NCBI GenBank assembly: GCA_037131245.1
Contig: JBAXRK010000013.1
Coordinates: forward strand, 1 to 57,998
Direction: 5' to 3'
Origin: Candidatus Omnitrophota bacterium
Lineage (GTDB): Bacteria > Omnitrophota > Gorgyraeia > Zapsychrales > Fredricksoniimonadaceae
DNA: 57,998 bases
Shown here piece after piece: positions 54,478 through 57,998 of this stretch. The position numbers and the translations under genes were made by a program. The notes beneath the pieces are model-generated. The model made no database searches. It was not told the DNA's origin and saw only the letters and a list, made by a program, of their open reading frames with translations. Position 1 is the first letter of the stretch. Each line of letters starts with the position of its first letter.

Positions 54478-55460
54478 TTATCGGCCTCCACAATGACTTT
54501 CTTGGCCTGGGCGAATAACTGTAACTTATAATTCCTAAGATACAGCCGCATGGCTTCGGTACCGCTCGCTTTAAGAAGAGAAAGCTGTTCGGATAATTGC
54601 TTGATCAATTGCACCTCGGCCATGGCCTTGAGCGTTTCGATCTCGACGGCCTTCTTGGACTGCACGATCTTCTGGTCGGCGCCGGCCTGCGACAGGCTGA
54701 TCTCGGAGGATACCTGGTTATGCGCCGTATTGATCGCCGCCAGCGCGGATTCCACGTCGGCAGGTGGATCGATCTCGGTGATCAGCGCCGCTTCCAGATT
54801 AATGCCGTAACGCGCGCCGGAAACAACGCACTCTTTTTCCATATGCGCGTTAAGGTCGCTTAAGTTCTTTCTAAGGTCATTAATAGATATACCGGAAATG
54901 TGGCTCGATGACACCGGCACGCCAAACCCGGCTTCCCCGTCCTTGGGCACAGGCGCTTCAAAATTGGCAATGCGTTCTCTTAGAACGGAAACAAAATATC
55001 CCATCACGTGGGAAATAGGCCGGCGCACGCCAAAGAGATACGCGTAAAGATTCTTCTCGTCGACTTTGTAGCGGATCTGCCCCTTGAGGCCGGTATTAAG
55101 CTGATCCTTGGTCACCGCTTCCAGCGCTGTCCCGCCCTGGTTCGCCTGCGAATTATCAGGATCGAAAGCGATATCCGCCGTTTGGGTCGCGATGGAAACC
55201 TTATAAACACTCTGCCAGGGGAACTTGAAATAAAGCCCAGGATTGGTCACGATGATCAGGGGGTAACAATAGCGGTCTTTTTCTTCGGGGTTCAACCCGG
55301 CCGACATCACATCATCCGCCGTCGTCTTGTCGCCGAACCGCGGGGCGCGGCCGAAGGTGGTCACGACCGCGCGCTCGTTCTGGTCAACGGTATAAAGCCC
55401 GGTGAACAGGCAACGCAGGACGAACCAGATAAAAACGCCTAAGAGGATCGGAAGGAACAT
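54474..55460 (-). CDS. SPFH/Band-7 domain membrane protein (HflK/C-like)
   Basis: An N-terminal TM is followed by YTVDQNERAVVTTFGR...GLYFKFPWQ and a coiled-coil C-terminal part. Confidence 0.7.
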   Translation of the reverse strand: MFLPILLGVFIWFVLRCLFTGLYTVDQNERAVVTTFGRAPRFGDKTTADDVMSAGLNPEEKDRYCYPLIIVTNPGLYFKFPWQSVYKVSIATQTADIAFDPDNSQANQGGTALEAVTKDQLNTGLKGQIRYKVDEKNLYAYLFGVRRPISHVMGYFVSVLRERIANFEAPVPKDGEAGFGVPVSSSHISGISINDLRKNLSDLNAHMEKECVVSGARYGINLEAALITEIDPPADVESALAAINTAHNQVSSEISLSQAGADQKIVQSKKAVEIETLKAMAEVQLIKQLSEQLSLLKASGTEAMRLYLRNYKLQLFAQAKKVIVEADK

Positions 55461-55500
55461 GCGATTACCTTAGCAAGAGCACACCACCAGGTCAATAAGA

Positions 55501-56013
55501 TTAGTGCGATCCGTCCCAGCGGACCCATTTCTCACTACGGCCGAAGAGGGGTACGCCGATATACCCGCGCAGGTCCAGCGTTCGGCCATCAAGCAACGTC
55601 ATTCTTCCCTTATAAGTGTTCCCCGTTTTCGGGTCGTACAACGTGCCGCCGGACCAGGTACGCTTGCCATCAAAGCTGAACCCTTTCATGATCACCAGCC
55701 CCATAACAGGACGGCTGCGCAGCGACGCGTCGGGATTCTTGCGGTCATGCCGGAGCACACCCGCCTCAGCGTCCCCGGCGAGATACGCGGGGTCTCTAAG
55801 CCATACCACCCGGCCCTCAACCCGGCCATCAGCCGCCTGATACACCTCCACCCGTGACTTGCCATCCGCCACCGCCCACTGGCCGGCAATATCCGCCCCG
55901 CCCGCCGCAAAGCTATTGAACGACACCATCACGATCACCGCGCATAATAGGGACAGAGCCCTATTTAATGACCACCATGGTCCCGACTGAAATAAATTCA
56001 TAAAGCTCCTCAA
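55501..56013 (-). CDS. DUF2147-domain exported protein
   Basis: It has GQWAVADGKSRVEVY...GRVVWL...DRKNPD..LRSRPVMGLVIM...W.GGTLYDPKTGNTYKGRMTL..GRTLDLRGY. The start is uncertain, because the long form overlaps the transpeptidase gene by 53 nt and reads through repeat copy 2. Confidence 0.7.
   Translation of the reverse strand: MRSFMNLFQSGPWWSLNRALSLLCAVIVMVSFNSFAAGGADIAGQWAVADGKSRVEVYQAADGRVEGRVVWLRDPAYLAGDAEAGVLRHDRKNPDASLRSRPVMGLVIMKGFSFDGKRTWSGGTLYDPKTGNTYKGRMTLLDGRTLDLRGYIGVPLFGRSEKWVRWDGSH
55946..55965. repeat. Palindromic repeat element copy 2 (AATAGGG-N6-CCCTATT)
   Basis: aatagggacagagccctatt was read directly. It contains the stop codon of the L,D-transpeptidase gene and is in the opposite orientation to copy 1. 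Confidence 0.8.
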
Positions 56014-56722
56014 TATCCTCGTTTTTCATGCGAATACAACCCTTCGATACCGACTGGCCGATCAGTTCAGGGAAGATCGTCCCGTGAATGCCGTATTGCG
56101 GCCGGTCGAAACCCAGCCAGCGGGTGCCCAGGAAATTATCGGGCGCTCCGCCGGGCACAACCTTCCCCTTATGGAACCATGTCGGGTACGGATACCGTGA
56201 TTGAATAATGAACGTTCCTATGGGCGTCAGGTCCGTGGACTTTCCCGTCGAGACAGGATACTCCTTAACCAGGATCTCCCCGGATCTTAAATAAAGACGG
56301 TTGAACATCTTGCTGACCTCGATCGTAAAAGGCTGATCCCAAACCAGCAATTCCTGCCCCGTTTTCAAACGGCCGGACTTAAGTTTGTTGAGCGACTTGA
56401 TGAATTCGACCGTTGTACCATGCCAGCGGGCGATCCTGCCTAGGGTGTCATTAGGTTGCACCCTATACGTACTGACGCGGTCGCGGGCATAAAGCCTGCT
56501 AAAAGGGTCTCGTTGCGGGAAGGGCAAGATCCGCAATTTCTTATCGGCCTTGGGAAAGCGGGAGTAATTAAACGCCTCGGCATAATGCCCGCTTCTGACA
56601 TCAGCCAGATCGGCCAACAGTATTTGGCGGGGCTGCTCCAGGACCATCAGCCGGGCGGATGCCGGCGAAGCGGCAAAACAAAAGAACAAACACGCGGCGT
56701 AGACCCTGGTTCTAATCGGCAT
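55961..56722 (-). CDS. LysM-domain L,D-transpeptidase (YkuD family)
   Basis: The LysM domain is YRVQPNDTLGRIARWHGTTVEFIKSLN. The YkuD catalytic motif is GIHGT...SKGCIRM. A signal peptide is present. Confidence 0.85.
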   Translation of the reverse strand: MPIRTRVYAACLFFCFAASPASARLMVLEQPRQILLADLADVRSGHYAEAFNYSRFPKADKKLRILPFPQRDPFSRLYARDRVSTYRVQPNDTLGRIARWHGTTVEFIKSLNKLKSGRLKTGQELLVWDQPFTIEVSKMFNRLYLRSGEILVKEYPVSTGKSTDLTPIGTFIIQSRYPYPTWFHKGKVVPGGAPDNFLGTRWLGFDRPQYGIHGTIFPELIGQSVSKGCIRMKNEDIEELYEFISVGTMVVIK

Positions 56723-56743
56723 AGCTTAATATACCACCGCGAG

Positions 56744-56762
56744 AATAGGGGACAGCCCTATT
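56744..56762. repeat. Palindromic repeat element copy 3 (AATAGGG-N5-CCCTATT)
   Basis: aataggggacagccctatt was read directly. It lies 22 nt upstream of the transpeptidase ATG, 8 nt after the stop of the low-GC gene. Confidence 0.8.
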
Positions 56763-56769
56763 TCTGGAT

Positions 56770-57771
56770 TCACTTGATAAGTCCTTCTTCAAAGATCTTC
56801 CTGGCCAGTAAGAATGAAAGAAGCGCCTTACCTTTTGGGGTAAGATGCCTGCCGTCTTTTAGAAAAAGATAGCGATAACGCATTTCGTTGAATTCATTGG
56901 TTATGATCAGTTTTATAGATTTTTCTTTAAGATAATCGGCCAACGGGTCTACCGTCGCTCCAGGATCATTTTGAAGTGGAACGCTTTTCCTGAAAGACGA
57001 GGTGCTAACAAAGAATATGTTGAACCTTTCCGCTGCTTGCAGCATATCAGGCACAAAAGATTCATTAACCAACATATCCTTATTCCCAGCTTTGTTCCGT
57101 ATTATTTGGCTTTTATTGATCCCCTTAGCCACAGGGGTTTGGATAGCGTTATAAGGGTCATTATTTCTTGAGAAACGCGCCCACCACCCTATGATCGCGT
57201 CGCCCTGGAGATTAAACCTTTCCAATAAGATATCACGTATTTTAACGGCCTGCCCCGGGCTATAATACAACGTTGCAAAATATTTTCTTAAGGGAAAAAT
57301 ATATTTCAAAGAACTATTCTGATATTTCTTAAAAAAGACAGGGTCATATTCAACCAAATTCCGTTTAATGGCATCCGGCACGACATTATTCCCCGTTATT
57401 GTAAAACTATCATCTTGGCCAACGATCCCGACAGGAACGCCAGAGACCCCGGAAGATGCGATCTGCTGCTTTAAAATAACATAAAAGAGGTCCCCTCCTT
57501 TGCCACTATAAGAAATAAATGTGGAATGAATGGGTCTTTTGGTGAATCTCGTGAGCGTCCGATCAAAAAGTGCCTGGTCAACGTTGGCACCAAGCATGGA
57601 ATTGCCCAGCATAATAATATCCGGCTTCTCTGCGTTGATCTGATCGCGGATCTGATAGGGGTTTTGATTATATTGGACGAACCAGGCCTCTGTGGCCAGC
57701 AGAAGGCCGACTGAAATAATGACCGCGCCCGCGATAGAAAGTGCCTTAAAATTGGAAGTAAATAAAGTCAT
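56770..57771 (-). CDS. Membrane-anchored SGNH/AlgJ-DltD-like putative O-acyl-transfer partner protein (333 aa)
   Basis: It has an N-terminal TM and IIMLGNSML (GDS-like block I). Near the C-terminus, DGRHLTPKG is DxxH-like. It lies directly downstream of an MBOAT-like C-terminus, in a low-GC region. The family call is tentative. Confidence 0.45.
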   Translation of the reverse strand: MTLFTSNFKALSIAGAVIISVGLLLATEAWFVQYNQNPYQIRDQINAEKPDIIMLGNSMLGANVDQALFDRTLTRFTKRPIHSTFISYSGKGGDLFYVILKQQIASSGVSGVPVGIVGQDDSFTITGNNVVPDAIKRNLVEYDPVFFKKYQNSSLKYIFPLRKYFATLYYSPGQAVKIRDILLERFNLQGDAIIGWWARFSRNNDPYNAIQTPVAKGINKSQIIRNKAGNKDMLVNESFVPDMLQAAERFNIFFVSTSSFRKSVPLQNDPGATVDPLADYLKEKSIKLIITNEFNEMRYRYLFLKDGRHLTPKGKALLSFLLARKIFEEGLIK

Positions 57772-57998
57772 AGGTAACTCCGCCGAACACAAGCATGATC
57801 AACAAAGCAGCTGTATAGTAAATGATCCTCAACGAAGCTAACCACTCCTGCCCCACCTTATGCTTAAAGAAAGACCAGCCTAGCCCGAGCAAAAGCGGTG
57901 CGCTGTAGAAAATAATAAACAGAGCCAACATATACGCAACCTTTTGTAGAGCGTCAGCATCGATTGGACATGTTGGGGAAAAATTGAGTTTGCAGATT
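57746..57998 (-). CDS. 3' end of a membrane protein, probably MBOAT-family O-acyltransferase (partial, runs off the window)
   Basis: The reading frame is open from the window edge (57998) to the stop at 57746. The hydrophobic C-terminus ends ...DFIYFQF, which I recall as typical of AlgI/DltB-type MBOAT proteins. Confidence 0.4.
   Translation of the reverse strand, partial: ICKLNFSPTCPIDADALQKVAYMLALFIIFYSAPLLLGLGWSFFKHKVGQEWLASLRIIYYTAALLIMLVFGGVTYDFIYFQF

Noticed and set aside
1-57998. CRISPR arrays, tRNA/rRNA genes, transposases, integrases and prophage genes
   Set aside because: The intergenic regions are short (the largest are ~250, ~210 and ~160 nt), and none shows spaced direct repeats or cloverleaf-like sequence. 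No ORF resembles a transposase, integrase or phage structural protein.

Overview
This is a 57,998-nt chromosomal segment from a GC-rich bacterium (about 55-60% GC by eye). Two short lower-GC islets stand out, at ~31.2-32.1 kb and from 56.77 kb to the window end. The gene set looks anaerobe-like: 2-oxoacid:ferredoxin oxidoreductase, two radical SAM enzymes and a U32-like protein. No taxon can be assigned from the sequence alone. I support about 60 protein genes. All but three (korA, korB and one MFS gene) are on the minus strand, and many are chained by ATGA or other short overlaps. I recognised no rRNA, tRNA, CRISPR array, transposase or integrase. Contents from left to right: (1) Housekeeping genes cspA, uup and an N-terminally truncated rho. 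(2) A mazEF module next to a decayed THUMP methyltransferase pseudogene. (3) gpx, a radical SAM gene and a multi-PAS histidine kinase. (4) A MazG-like gene coupled to a long SDR, then korAB. (5) A ~16-kb co-directional gene string (31061 down to 15267) built around a type III polyketide synthase with methyltransferase, SDR, ketosynthase and ACP. It also carries a YceI-like lipid binder, a U32-like protein, an aminotransferase/Zn-dehydrogenase/aldolase trio, PilZ, a B12-radical SAM enzyme, an AsmA-like DUF748 protein and a CHASE2 diguanylate cyclase. (6) A higBA module and redox and transport genes. (7) An RND pump with no adaptor gene, preceded by three small exported proteins. (8) An operon encoding a MamK-family actin-like protein with TPR, coiled-coil and Lys-rich partners, TspO and a two-component system. 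(9) corA. (10) An arsenic operon headed by a DUF134 protein rather than ArsR, with a clear promoter and perfect palindromic operator. (11) An SPFH pair, DUF2147 and an L,D-transpeptidase. (12) A low-GC MBOAT/SGNH-like pair at the window edge. The best candidates for new biology are the phenolic-lipid supercluster (possible O2-independent tailoring and c-di-GMP control), the orphan MamK-like module, the DUF134-led ars operon, the rho lacking its RNA-binding domain, and a thrice-repeated palindromic element at 53.5-56.8 kb. All family calls come from motif recognition by eye and still need HMM or BLAST confirmation.
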